From an uncultured delta proteobacterium (lineage in GTDB: Bacteria > Myxococcota > Myxococcia > Myxococcales > Myxococcaceae), in contig CAVYSY010000033.1 of NCBI GenBank assembly GCA_963771175.1, forward strand, positions 448,001 through 512,000: a DNA stretch of 64,000 bases, written 5' to 3'. Under the pieces are notes generated by a model, which did no database searches, had not been told where the DNA came from, and saw only the letters and a program-made list of their open reading frames with translations. Below, piece after piece: positions 50,703-61,760 of the stretch. Position numbers and translations under genes: made by a program. The first letter of the stretch is position 1. Each line of letters starts with the position of its first letter.

Positions 50703-53700
50703 ATGCCCATTTCACCCCTGTCGGTTTCCCTCCTGCTGATGCACGCCGTCAGCCTCTCGCCCGCCTCCGTCCCGGCGAAAGGCAGCCAGGAGACGATCGT
50801 CACCCTGGACAAGGCGTCCCGGGTCGTCATCACCGCGCGCACTCCCTCTGGGACGGCGTGCGAGCTGGTCGACCACGTGCGCGGCCCCTTCGCCCAGAGC
50901 GGCACCGCCGGCCGCTCCAACTGCGAGCTGGATCAGCTGCTCGACGCGGGCACCTACAAGCTGCGCCTGACGTCCCGGACGAAGGGAAAGGGCACCCAGG
51001 GGAAGGTGACTCTCCAGGCGGTGCCCTACACCGAGGACAACGCCCAGCCGGTGCTGCTGGAGCCGGGCCGCGAGGTGCGCCAGGTGCTCGCCCCGCGTCA
51101 CCAGGCCTCCTTCTGGCTCAAGCTCGACCAGCGCCAGCCCGTCACCCTGCGGGTCTCCGGGCGCACCGTCGGGGACGTGAGGCTGTGGCGCAACGGCGCG
51201 TGGTGGGAGCCCGTCCCGGTGAAGGATGCCTCCACGCAGCCCCGCCCCGGCCAGCCCCAGTACGAGTGGTGGCTGGAGACGACGCTCGAGCCGGGCAGCT
51301 ACCTGCTCACCACCTATGGCACCTCCCCGAAGGACTGGACCGAGGGCAAGGAGGACAACACCCTCTCCGTGGCCTACGGCTTCCCGAAGGCGCCTCCGGA
51401 GCGCTCGCTGAGCATCACCCTCCCGCCCTGGGGCATGACCGCGGTGGAGCTGCCCTCGGGACCCACCGCCCTCTTCCTCTCGCGCGAGAGCGGCGCGCAG
51501 TCCAGCAGCCGCGTGAGCGTCCATGCCCTCTCCGACGACGGGGCCAGCAACGTCACCGACTCCTCGGAGGCGAGCTGCCTGATTCAACCCAAGGCGCTCA
51601 TCCCCCAGTGCAGCGCGATGGCGAGCGGCGGAGGCCGGCACGTGGCGGTGCTGCGCGGGGAGCCCGGCTCGCGGCTGATGCTGCAGTGGGCCCGGCTCTC
51701 GACGGAGAGCGACTTCACGGATGGGAGCTACGGCGCGGGCACCTACTCGCCGCGATTCAAGGTCTACACCAGCGGTGAGTACCTGGTCGGCCTCCACGAG
51801 GTGCCGCTCGATCCCGACAGCGCGCCCCTGGGGTGCATGCTGGAGCAGGAGACTCCGGACAACTGGGTACCCGTCGGCTTCGACGGGCCGGAGGTGGGCC
51901 CGGATCGCCCGTTCCGCCGCGCGTTCAACTACGACGGCTCGTCCGCCACCGTCTGGTTCCGGGTGGCGCGCTCCGGGCGCTACGTGTTCGCCACCAGTGG
52001 TGAGCGAAGGGGCCGCTGCGAGCTGTACCTGGTGGACGGTGCCAAACGCACCCGGCTCATCGAGACGGACCCGAAGGCGGAGACGTGCCGCATCCCCTAC
52101 ACGGCCTCGCCCGGCATGTACGAGCTGAAGCTGTACGGCGGCACCGAGGGCATCGAGCAGCTCACGCTGGCCGTCGAGGGCCGCGCGCCCACGGAGGACA
52201 CGCCCACCCGGACGTCGTGCCTGATTCCGCGCGCGAAGCTGCACAAGGAGGACACCTACCGCCTCGTCGGCAACCGGATCGGCCGAGGCTCGCTGCGCGG
52301 CCTCTCCCTGCGCCCGCTGCCGCTCACCTTCTCCGAGCCCCTGCCGGTGGTGCTCGACGGCCCGGGTCCGGTCGAGCTGTTCCTGGCCCGGGGAGGGCCC
52401 CTCGAGGTGCGCGCGACCGGGGGCGAGCCCTTCACCTGTGCCGTGGGAGGAACCCGGGTGGAGGCGCGAGACGGTCGCTGCCAGCTTCCGGCCGCGACGG
52501 GGACGCTCACGCTGAGCCAACCGGGGAGCGCATCCCTCAACCTGCTGGTGCACCGGCCCGCGCCGCCGCCTCCTCCCCCACCGCCGCTGAGCACGTACTC
52601 GCCGAGCTTCCCGCCGCTGCCCGCCCTGAAGCCGTCGGAGCCCGCCTGGTTCGACTTCGAGCGCGGCGAGTCGCACGCGCTCACCTTCGACGTCAAGCAG
52701 GAGGGCCTGTACCACGTGACGACGCAGGGACTGCTGGCCACCGAGTGCACCATCCGTACGCCGGTGGTGCCGCAGGTGGGCAACGCCTCGGGTGGAGGGC
52801 GCGGGCGCAACTGCCTCGTGTCCACCTACCTGCGGCCAGGCCGCTACCTGCTCACCGCTCGCACCACGGGGCAGAGCAAGGGCCGCGGCGCCGTGCTCCT
52901 GGAGCGCCGCGAGGTGAAGGCGGCCGAGGGAGTGAGCGCCGATGGCGAGGTGTTCTTCCGCGTCAACGCGGGCGACCTCATCCAGCAGAAGCTCACGGTG
53001 CCCCGCATGGATGACTACACCCTCTCCACCGCCGCGCCGGGCGCGCAGCTCCAGTGCCGCCTGGACGACCCGAAGGGGTGGCCGGTGGTGACGGTGCCCA
53101 CGCCCTGCGAGCAGTCGCTGCGGCTGGCCAAGGGCACCTACCTGTGGACGCAGCTCCCGCTGACGGTGGAGTCCATGCGCCGCACCGCCCTGGAGCGCGT
53201 GAAGCCCCCGGTGGTGCTCAAGGGCAACAAGGTGCACCCGGTGCTCTTCAATGAGTGGTACCGGGCGGACCTCGGCAAGGACGGCAAGGACGAGTTCTCC
53301 TTCGAGGTGCCGGCGCGGATGGAGGTGGCCTTCACGCTGACCCACGGCATGCAGGGGCGGCTCTACACCGTCGGCGCGGACAAGACGCTCAAGCCCGTGG
53401 AGGTCATCGCTCCGCAGACGGAGTACGCGCCCCCGCCCCCGCCGCCTCCACCCGAGCCCGAGTACTCGGAGCCCTCCGAGTCCCCTGAATCCTCCGAGTA
53501 CTCCGAGGGCGGGGAGTCGGGCGAAGGCGAGTCGCCTCCCGAGTACTCCGAGAGCACCGAGGAAGCCCCGCCGCCGGCAGAGGAGGAGAGCGCCCCGGCG
53601 GCCGTCGCCGAGCCGCTGCCCACGAAGGAGTCGCCGCCTCCCGAGGGAAAGCTCCTCGTGCTCGAGCCCGGGAAATACAAGCTGGTGGCCGAGCACAGCC

Positions 53701-56009
53701 GAGGGGACGTGGCCATCTCCTACGCGCTGTACCTGCGCACCGAGGTGCTCGCGCCGCCCATGGTCAAGGACGTGAGCGCCCCCAGCCGCATCCCGCTGGT
53801 GCTGCCCGTGGACGGTACGCTGCGCCTGTTCACGCGCGGACGCACGGACGTGCGCTGCCGCATCTTCGACGGGACGGGGCGCCTCGCGGTGGAGAGCGCG
53901 GACCATGGCGCGGACTGGAACTGCGCCATCGCCGAGCCGCTCCCCGCGGGCAGCTACACGCTGGTGCTGGAGAGCCAGACGCAACAGCCGGGCCCCACCG
54001 AGGTATCCGTGGCGCTGGCCCAGGTGACCGACGCCGGGGTGCTCGCCGAGAGTGGTGCGCTGGACGTGGGCACCGGCGTGGTGCGCGCCACGCTGCCGCC
54101 CGTGCCCGCCGAGGCGCTGCAGGAAGTCACCCTGCGTGCCAAGACGCCCTTCTCCTGCGCCCTGGAGGATGAGCGGGGCGCGGTGGTGTCGCGGCGCATG
54201 GACGTCCGCGAGTGCGTGACGCTGCTGAAGCCGGGGACCTCGCCCTGGCGCGTGCGCGTCTGGACGCTGGGCCTGCCCACCAAGGTGAGCACCAGCGTGG
54301 CGGCCCGTCCGCTGCGCCCGCTCTCCAGAGAGAGGCTTCCCACGGGAGAGGCCGCGAGCGCGCAGGTGCCGAGGCCCGGTCGCTACGAGACGGGCAGCGG
54401 CATCTTCTGCCTGCCCGCGTCCCAGCAGGGCCCCCTGAGGCCGTGCGGCCCCGAGGCCTCGCTGGAGTCCGGCGACTGGGTGTTCGGCGCTCCCGGTGCC
54501 ACCGCCGAGACGAAGCTCTCCCTCTCCGAGCGCGTGGACAAGCTCGAGAAGCCCGAGGAGGAGCGCACCCCGCTGACCCGGGACGTCACCCTGCTGCGCC
54601 AGCGCTCGCGGCAGTCCGCCATGCACCTGCTGCGCATGAGCGTGCCCTTCGGCGACCCGGCCTACCCGGCGTGCCGGCTGGACGGGGGCGTCGCGCAGCA
54701 GCGGGACTCCTCGTGCTTCGCGGCCACCGGGCCCACGGAGGAGTCGCTCGCGCGCTGGTGGACGCCCGCCGACGAACGAGGTGCGGCCACCCTCACGCGC
54801 ATCGCCATTCCCGTGCCCTCCTCCGCCGTGCCGCTGACGCCCGGCCTGCAGGACCTGACGTGGAGCGGGGGGCCCTCGCTCCGCATGGTGATGCCCGCCG
54901 AGCCGACGCGCGTGCAGCTCTCCCTGCCCCAGGACGCCTGGGCCGTGCTGGTGGATGGCAAGGGGGCGGCGGTGGACCTGTGCGCCCCCACCGACACGCT
55001 CTCCCGCTGTGTCCTGAGCGGCACGGGCGGCGTGGTGCTGCTCTGGTCCCCGGCCGAGTCCCGCGTGCAGACGGAGGTGGTCTCGGTGGAGGCGGCGAAG
55101 CCGGCCATCGCCCTCGCGAGCCTCTTCGAGGCCACCATCCGCGTGCCCGGCCAGCAGCCGCTGGCCTTCGGTGCGTCGCCGATGCTCCGGCGGCTGATGG
55201 TGAAGGGGGCGGCGCGGTGCGTGACCACGCTTGATGACGGAGCGCGGCTGGAAGGCTGCGACGTCCAGGTGCCTCCGGGCCGCCGGGGCGAGCTCCTGCT
55301 CGAGACGAACCCGGGGGGCCTGCGCGTGGTGCTCGCTCCACCCGAGGGATGGGCCGCGGCCCTGCTCCCCCCCGGCTCCAAGAGCAAGGTGCCCGAATTG
55401 CCCGCCGCGAAGGCCCTGCGGCTCTCCGGCGAGACGGTGGAGCGCACCCTGACGCTGCCCGCCGACGCCGTCGTCCACCTCCGCGCCGACACGGGCGTCT
55501 GCGGCCTCGGCCAGGACACCACGGTGCTGCTGGTGGACGGCCTCGAGCGCGGCTGCACCTTCGACCGGCTGCTGAAGGCCGGCACCTACCGCCTCATGGT
55601 GCGAGGCTTCGCCGATCAGCCCCTCTCCGGCAGCGTCACCTGGACGCACGAGCCGGTGAAGGAGCTGGCCGAGGGCGTCTCCAAGGACACGGGCTGGGTG
55701 GCGCCGGGCCAGACGCGCTACTTCCGCTTCAGCACCGCCTCGGCCGGCCACGTCGGCCTGGGGCTGCAGGTGCCCGCCGAGGTGCTCCAGTGCAGCGTGC
55801 TCGACACCACCCAGCGCGTGCTCGGCGAGGGCTGCCAGCAGTTCCTCGCGCTCGAGAAGGGCAGCTACCTGCTCGCCATCCACGCTCCGGCCACGCTGGA
55901 GCGTCCCCTCTCCTTCAAGCCCGTCCTCGTGGGACTCGCCGGCGCCAAGACCGAGGTGCCCGAGGAGTACCTCCGCGACTTCTTCAACCGTATCGGAGCC
56001 AACCCGTGA
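50703..56009 (+). CDS. Giant secreted protein (1768 aa) with repeated Cys-paired PPC-like beta-sandwich modules
   Basis: Signal-peptide-like N-terminus; at least 7 C..C..GxY modules; central Pro/Glu/Ser linker; GTGA overlap with the next gene. Confidence 0.85.
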   Translation: MPISPLSVSLLLMHAVSLSPASVPAKGSQETIVTLDKASRVVITARTPSGTACELVDHVRGPFAQSGTAGRSNCELDQLLDAGTYKLRLTSRTKGKGTQGKVTLQAVPYTEDNAQPVLLEPGREVRQVLAPRHQASFWLKLDQRQPVTLRVSGRTVGDVRLWRNGAWWEPVPVKDASTQPRPGQPQYEWWLETTLEPGSYLLTTYGTSPKDWTEGKEDNTLSVAYGFPKAPPERSLSITLPPWGMTAVELPSGPTALFLSRESGAQSSSRVSVHALSDDGASNVTDSSEASCLIQPKALIPQCSAMASGGGRHVAVLRGEPGSRLMLQWARLSTESDFTDGSYGAGTYSPRFKVYTSGEYLVGLHEVPLDPDSAPLGCMLEQETPDNWVPVGFDGPEVGPDRPFRRAFNYDGSSATVWFRVARSGRYVFATSGERRGRCELYLVDGAKRTRLIETDPKAETCRIPYTASPGMYELKLYGGTEGIEQLTLAVEGRAPTEDTPTRTSCLIPRAKLHKEDTYRLVGNRIGRGSLRGLSLRPLPLTFSEPLPVVLDGPGPVELFLARGGPLEVRATGGEPFTCAVGGTRVEARDGRCQLPAATGTLTLSQPGSASLNLLVHRPAPPPPPPPPLSTYSPSFPPLPALKPSEPAWFDFERGESHALTFDVKQEGLYHVTTQGLLATECTIRTPVVPQVGNASGGGRGRNCLVSTYLRPGRYLLTARTTGQSKGRGAVLLERREVKAAEGVSADGEVFFRVNAGDLIQQKLTVPRMDDYTLSTAAPGAQLQCRLDDPKGWPVVTVPTPCEQSLRLAKGTYLWTQLPLTVESMRRTALERVKPPVVLKGNKVHPVLFNEWYRADLGKDGKDEFSFEVPARMEVAFTLTHGMQGRLYTVGADKTLKPVEVIAPQTEYAPPPPPPPPEPEYSEPSESPESSEYSEGGESGEGESPPEYSESTEEAPPPAEEESAPAAVAEPLPTKESPPPEGKLLVLEPGKYKLVAEHSRGDVAISYALYLRTEVLAPPMVKDVSAPSRIPLVLPVDGTLRLFTRGRTDVRCRIFDGTGRLAVESADHGADWNCAIAEPLPAGSYTLVLESQTQQPGPTEVSVALAQVTDAGVLAESGALDVGTGVVRATLPPVPAEALQEVTLRAKTPFSCALEDERGAVVSRRMDVRECVTLLKPGTSPWRVRVWTLGLPTKVSTSVAARPLRPLSRERLPTGEAASAQVPRPGRYETGSGIFCLPASQQGPLRPCGPEASLESGDWVFGAPGATAETKLSLSERVDKLEKPEEERTPLTRDVTLLRQRSRQSAMHLLRMSVPFGDPAYPACRLDGGVAQQRDSSCFAATGPTEESLARWWTPADERGAATLTRIAIPVPSSAVPLTPGLQDLTWSGGPSLRMVMPAEPTRVQLSLPQDAWAVLVDGKGAAVDLCAPTDTLSRCVLSGTGGVVLLWSPAESRVQTEVVSVEAAKPAIALASLFEATIRVPGQQPLAFGASPMLRRLMVKGAARCVTTLDDGARLEGCDVQVPPGRRGELLLETNPGGLRVVLAPPEGWAAALLPPGSKSKVPELPAAKALRLSGETVERTLTLPADAVVHLRADTGVCGLGQDTTVLLVDGLERGCTFDRLLKAGTYRLMVRGFADQPLSGSVTWTHEPVKELAEGVSKDTGWVAPGQTRYFRFSTASAGHVGLGLQVPAEVLQCSVLDTTQRVLGEGCQQFLALEKGSYLLAIHAPATLERPLSFKPVLVGLAGAKTEVPEEYLRDFFNRIGANP

Positions 56010-59000
56010 AGCCGCTCCTGAAGTCCGTCCTGTCCCTGCTCCTGCTGCTGGCGGCCGTGCCCGCCGGGGCGCAGGAATACCGTCCGGCCGACGAGAGCCA
56101 GCGTCCCGAGGGAGGGGGGGTGAAGCTCCTCCCCGACCAGTTCCTGCGCGGCTTCGACCCGGTCACCGTCTACTTCCCCGACAACGTCGGGCCCGGCAAG
56201 CAGAGCGCCGACGACGGCGCGAAGCGGCTCAAGATGACGCCCTCGTGGCCCGGCCAGTGGTTCTGGGCCGACCGCAAGACGCTCCAGTTCCGCCCGGCCG
56301 AGCCCTGGCCCGCGCTGGCCCGCTTCTCCTTCGAGGCGGGCGGCGCGCGCAGAATCCTCACCACGATGATGTCGGCGCCCTCGGCGATGTCGCCGCAGCC
56401 CGACAGCACGGACCTGAGGCCCTTCCGCACCTTCACCCTCACCTTCCCGCAGGCGCTGCCGCTCGACTCGCTCAAGAAGATGCTCCGGCTGGAGGTGCGC
56501 GACCTGCCCGGCCTGGCGGACTCGCCCACGCGGGTGCTGAAGGACTGGACGCTGTCGCAGCTCCCGCGCGGCACCCAGCGCGAGCCGGCCGTCTACGCCA
56601 TCACCCTCGAGGAGGACGTGCCCGAGGGCAAGCAGCTCCGCGTCAACGTGAGCCTCGCGCTCGGGGACGAGGACAAGGTGCTGTGGGTGGGCCGGCTGTC
56701 CACGCGCCCCGCCTTCCACCTGCAGCAGGTGCACTGCGGCAGGGAGCAGTTCTCGCTGACGGGCGGAGCCTCCACGCCCCGGGACATGGCGCTCGCGTGC
56801 GGCAACCAGGGAGACCTGCCGCAGCTCGTCTTCTCCGCGCCGGTGGAGGACCTCGGCCTCACCGCGCTGAAGAAGCTGGTGCGCCTGGAGCCCGCGGTGC
56901 CGGACCTGCACTTCCAGTCGTACGGCACCCGCGTGGCGCTGCGCGGCAAGTTCGTCCCGGACACGCTCTACCGCATGCGCATCGGCGCCGCGCCCATCCG
57001 CGACGACAGCGGCCGACCCCTGCGCGACCCGGGAGACCTCCAGAGTCTTCTTCCACCTGGACTGGAAGAGCCCCTTCCTGCGCTGGATGCAGGCCACCGC
57101 CGTGCTGGAGGCCAACGGCCCGCGCATGCTGCCGCTGCAAGGCTACGGCGACGCGCGCGCCGACGTGCGCGTCTACCGGGTGGATCCGCTCCACCCCGGC
57201 CTGTGGCCCTTCCCCAGCCGGCCCATCGTCATCGACGAGGAGAGCGCGCCGCCCTTCCCCGGCGAGGAGCCCGCGGTGAGCGCGACGCCCGGCTACATCG
57301 GCGAGGACCAACTGGCCGCGCACATCCGGCTGCTGGGCTCGCCGCTCGTCTCCAAGCTGGTGGACCTGCCGCTGCCCAAGCGCGGTGGCACCACCACCTT
57401 CGGGCTGGACCTGGCGCCGCTGCTCGACCCGGTGGTGGGCAAGTCCCGACCCGGCACGTACCTCGTGGGCCTGCGGCGGCTCACCGGAGCGCCCGAGCGC
57501 GCCTACGTCCGCGTGCAGATCACCAACCTCTCGCTCAGCACGGTGGAGGAACGGGACAAGGCCATCTTCTTCGTGCGCACGCTGGATGACGCGAAGGAGG
57601 TGCGAGGCGCCCGCATCGTGCTGGAGGGCCAGCGCCGGGTGCCGGACCCGAAGCAGCCGAACCAGACGATGCAGCAGCCCTTCAAGCACGAGCTGACCAC
57701 GGACGCGGGAGGCCGGGCGAGCCTCGGCCCGCAGACGGACTGGGTGAGCCTCGAGCGCATCTCCGTGCAGAACGGGGACGACCTGCTGGTGCTGAACCCG
57801 CGCGAGCCGCCCTCGGCGTTCGCCAACAACCACTGGTCGCCGTCCTCGGGCTGGCTGGAGTGGCTGACGCAGCAGACGCCGCCGCCGCCGAACGACAGGC
57901 TGCGCGGCTTCATCTTCACCGAGCGCCCCATCTACCGGCCGGGCGAGACGGTCTACATCAAGGGCTTCCTGCGCAACGAGGTGGGCGGTGACTTCGTGGC
58001 CCCCGAGGACGCGAAGAAGTACACGCTGCGCGTGGAGGGGCCGGGCGACCAGCAGTGGGCGCTGCCGCTGAGCTTCACCGCGCTGTATGGCTTCTCCGCC
58101 GAGTTCCAGGAGGAGAACATCCCCACCGGCGAGTTCCGCGTGGTGCTGTTGGAGACGCGCTCGGAGAGGACGCTGGCGCGTCGGGACTTCCGGGTGGAGG
58201 CGTACCGCGTCCCCACCTTCGAGGTGCAGCTCTCCAGTCCCGCCACGGCGCGGCTGGACGCGGCCTTCAAGGTGAAGGCGGTGGCGCGCTACTACGCGGG
58301 CGGCAACGTGGCCGGACAGCCCATCGCCTGGACGGTGACGCGGCGCCCCTACTACTACGTGCCCAAGGGGCGCGAGGGCTTCCTCTTCGCCTCCAGCACC
58401 CAGTTCGCCCGCGAGGGCCAGAGCCGCGCCCCCGAGGTCATCACCCGCAACGCCACGCTGGACGACGCGGGCGCGGACGAGATGACGGTCAACCCGGCGC
58501 TCGACCTGGACGGCTCGGCGCGCATCTACCGCTTCGAGGCCACCGTCACGGGCGCGGACGACCAGCCCGTGTCGGCGGCGCAGGAGGTGCGGGCACTGCC
58601 GCCCTTCGTGCTGGGCATGAAGCTGCCGCGCTACTCGGACAAGCCGTTCACGCTCGCGCCGGAGCTCCTCGCGGTGGGCGTCGACGACAAGGCGGTGAAG
58701 GGCCAGGAGGTGCAGGTGCGCCTCTACAAGCGCATCTGGCACAGCCAGCTCCGCGAGACGCACTTCGCCACCGGCGAGGCGAAGTACGTCACCGAGCAGG
58801 AAGACGTGAAGCTCGCGGAGAAGACCATCACCACCGAGGAGAAGCCCGTCACGCCGGCCTTCGAGCTGAAGGAGGCGGGCGTGTACGTGGTGGAGCTGGT
58901 GGCGCGCGACAAGCTGGGGCGCGTGCAGACGCTCTCGGCGGACCTGTACGTGGGCGGGCAGACGCCGATTGCCTGGCAGAAGTCGCGCGAGGGCGTCTTC

Positions 59001-61760
59001 GGGCTCACCCCGGACAAGGACTCGTACAAGCCGGGCGAGACGGCACGCCTCATCGTCCAGAGCCCCTTCCAGGAGGGCCGCGCGCTGGTGGTGGTGGAGG
59101 AGCCGGGAGGCAACACCTACACCTGGCACGACGTGTCCGGCGGCAAGGCGGTGCACGAGCTGACCCTCCGTCCCCAGCACGTCCCCAACGTGCCGGTGCA
59201 CGTGGTGCTGATGCGCGGCCGACTCGGCGAGGGAGACAAGGACGACTCCCGCTACCGGCCGCAGACGCTCGGGGCCTCGGTGGACGTGAAGGTGGAGCCG
59301 GTGCGCAACCAGGTGGCGGTGGAAATCAAGCACCCGGAGACGGCGCGCCCTGGGGCCACGGTTCCGGTGGAGCTGACGCTCAAGGACGACCAGGGCAAGC
59401 CCCTGGCCGGCGAGGTGACGCTGTGGCTGGTGGACGAGGCCGTGCTGTCGCTCGCGCCGGAGGGGACGCTCAACCCGCTCGACGAGCTCATCCGGAGCAA
59501 CGCGCGCGGCACCACGCTGCGAGACACGCGCAACAACCTCGTGGGCAAGCTCTTCGAGCAGGAGGAGGAGCCCGGCGGTGACGGAGCCGAGGAGGAGGAG
59601 TCCGAGGGCGGCAGCAAGCGCGTGGTGCGCAAGAACTTCAAGACGGTGCCGTACTACCAGGCCACGCTGCAGGTGCCGGCATCGGGCAAGCTGACGGTGC
59701 AGGTGCCGCTGTCGGACGACCTCACCAACTTCCGCGTGCGAGCGGTAGCCATCTCCGGGCTGCAGCGCTTCGGCTACAAGCAGACGACGCTGCGCGTGCG
59801 GCTGCCGGTGCTGGCGCAGCCACAACTGCCGCGCTTCGTGCGCCAGGGAGACCGCTTCTGGGGCGGCGCGCTGGGCCGCGTGGTGGAAGGCAGTGGCGGC
59901 CCCGGCTCGGTGAAGGTCCAGATTTCCGGCCCGGCGGAGGCGCAGCCGCTGAGTCCCTCGGTGGAGCTGCAGGCCAACCGGGCCATGAGCTTCGTCACCC
60001 CCATCACCGTGAAGAGCGCGGACGTGTCCGAGCCCCAGTCTCTCAAGGTGCGCGTGGACATCGAGCGCAAGGCGGACAAGGCCGGAGACGCCTTCGAGGT
60101 GCAGCTCCCCGTGCTGCCGGACCGCACGGTGGAACACTTCGCGTACTTCGACACGTTGAAGGCCGGGAGCACCCCGCTGAAGCCGCTGCCCGAGCCGGCG
60201 CGCCCGGGCACCGCGTCCCAGGACGTGCTCATCACCTCCATCCCCGGTGTCCTCGAGCTGTACGCGGGCCTGGACTACCTGGCCGACTACCCGCACGGCT
60301 GCCTCGAGCAGAAGCTGTCGCAGCTCTACCCGGACGTGTCCCTGGGCGCGCTGCTCACCCAGCTCAAGCTGAACACGGTCTTCAGCAAGCAGCTCGCCTC
60401 GCACGTCCAGCGGCTCCAGGAGGAGATGGCCCAGTACCAGGACGCGCAGGGGCTGATGGCCTTCTGGCCGGGCGGGCCGGGCGACGTGCAGGTGACGGCG
60501 CAGACGGTGGAGTTCCTCGACGCGGCCCGGCGCGCGGGCCTGAAGGTGGACGAGAAGCTGCTGACGCGCGCGGTGGAAGGTCTCAAGCGCGTGCTGCGCA
60601 GCGACTACCCAGGCCTCGTGCAGGAGTGGCGCTACAGCCAGCAGACGGCGGCGCTGCGAGCCCTCGCCCGAGTGGGCGCGCTGGATGAGCACTACCTCAT
60701 CGACCTCTTCCAGCTCCGCGAGCGCCTGGACATCCAGAGCCTCGCGGACCTCGCCAGCACCATGTCCACCCAGCCTTCGCGCTACAGCTCCAACCTGGAG
60801 GTGCTGCGCAAGGAGTTGTGGGACAGCGTCATCATCAAGCTGAACAAGGGCAAGCCCGTCTTCGAGGGCCTCAAGTGGCGCCGCGCCGCGTGGGGCTACT
60901 ACGGCTTCCTCAGCACGCAGCCCTCCAGCGTGGCGGCCGTCTTCGAGGCGCTGGTGCGGATCGACCCGACCAACGAGCGGCTCGACCAGGTCCGCGACGC
61001 GCTCCTCTCCTACGCGAGCGCGGAGCTGGGCTTCGGCAGCACCTACGAGAACCGCCGCGCCCTGGCCGCCCTGGCCGTGTACCTGGAGAAGGCCAAACCG
61101 GCGGTGCCGGACACCACCGTGTCGCTCTCCTCGGGGAAGAACCTCCGCGTCAACGCGGACACGAAGACGGCCTCCACCGAGGTGGCCGGCGACGCGCCCC
61201 TCTCCGCCACCGTGAAGGGTGGGCCGGTGGGCGTACGCGTGGAGGCCCGCTACGTGCCGGCCACGCCGGGAGACAAGGTGGAGCCGCTCAAGCAGGGCTT
61301 CATCGTCTCGCGCAACGCCACCTGGCTGCACGCGGACGGCTCGGAGCAGACGTACTTCGACGACAAGGCTGGCGAGGTGAAGGCGCTGGCGGTGGGCGAC
61401 ATCCTGGAGCTGCACGCGCGGCTCGTCACCGAGGAGGACCGCAACCACGTGGCGCTGGTGGTGCCCTTCGCCGCGGGCCTGGAGCCCATGAACCCCGAGC
61501 TGGCGAATGCCTCCTCGGACGCGAAGCCGTCGCAGGCGGACTCGCTGACGCCGACCTACGTGCAGCGGCTGGACCACGAGGTCCGCTACTACTTCCTGCG
61601 ACTGCCGCGCGGCACGCACACCTTCCACTTCCGGGTGCGCGCCGCCACCGAGGGCTCCTTCGTCCACCCGGCGCCCTACGCCGAGATGATGTACCGGCAG
61701 TCGGTGCGCGGCCGCGGCGAGGGCCTGCGCATCGTGGTGAAGGGAGAGCATGAGAAGTAG
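56006..61760 (+). CDS. Bacterial alpha-2-macroglobulin; one frameshift near 57045
   Basis: FTERPIYRPGE, YKPGE, VDEAVL, DDLTNFR, thioester YPHGCLEQ (CLEQ at 60300-60311), AEMMY. Confidence 0.93.

Noticed and set aside
50712..55883. 1723-aa antisense ORF (also 56859..61766, 20981..23020, 3444..5267 and similar)
   Set aside because: Shadow ORFs caused by high GC3 bias on the coding strand; no recognisable motifs.
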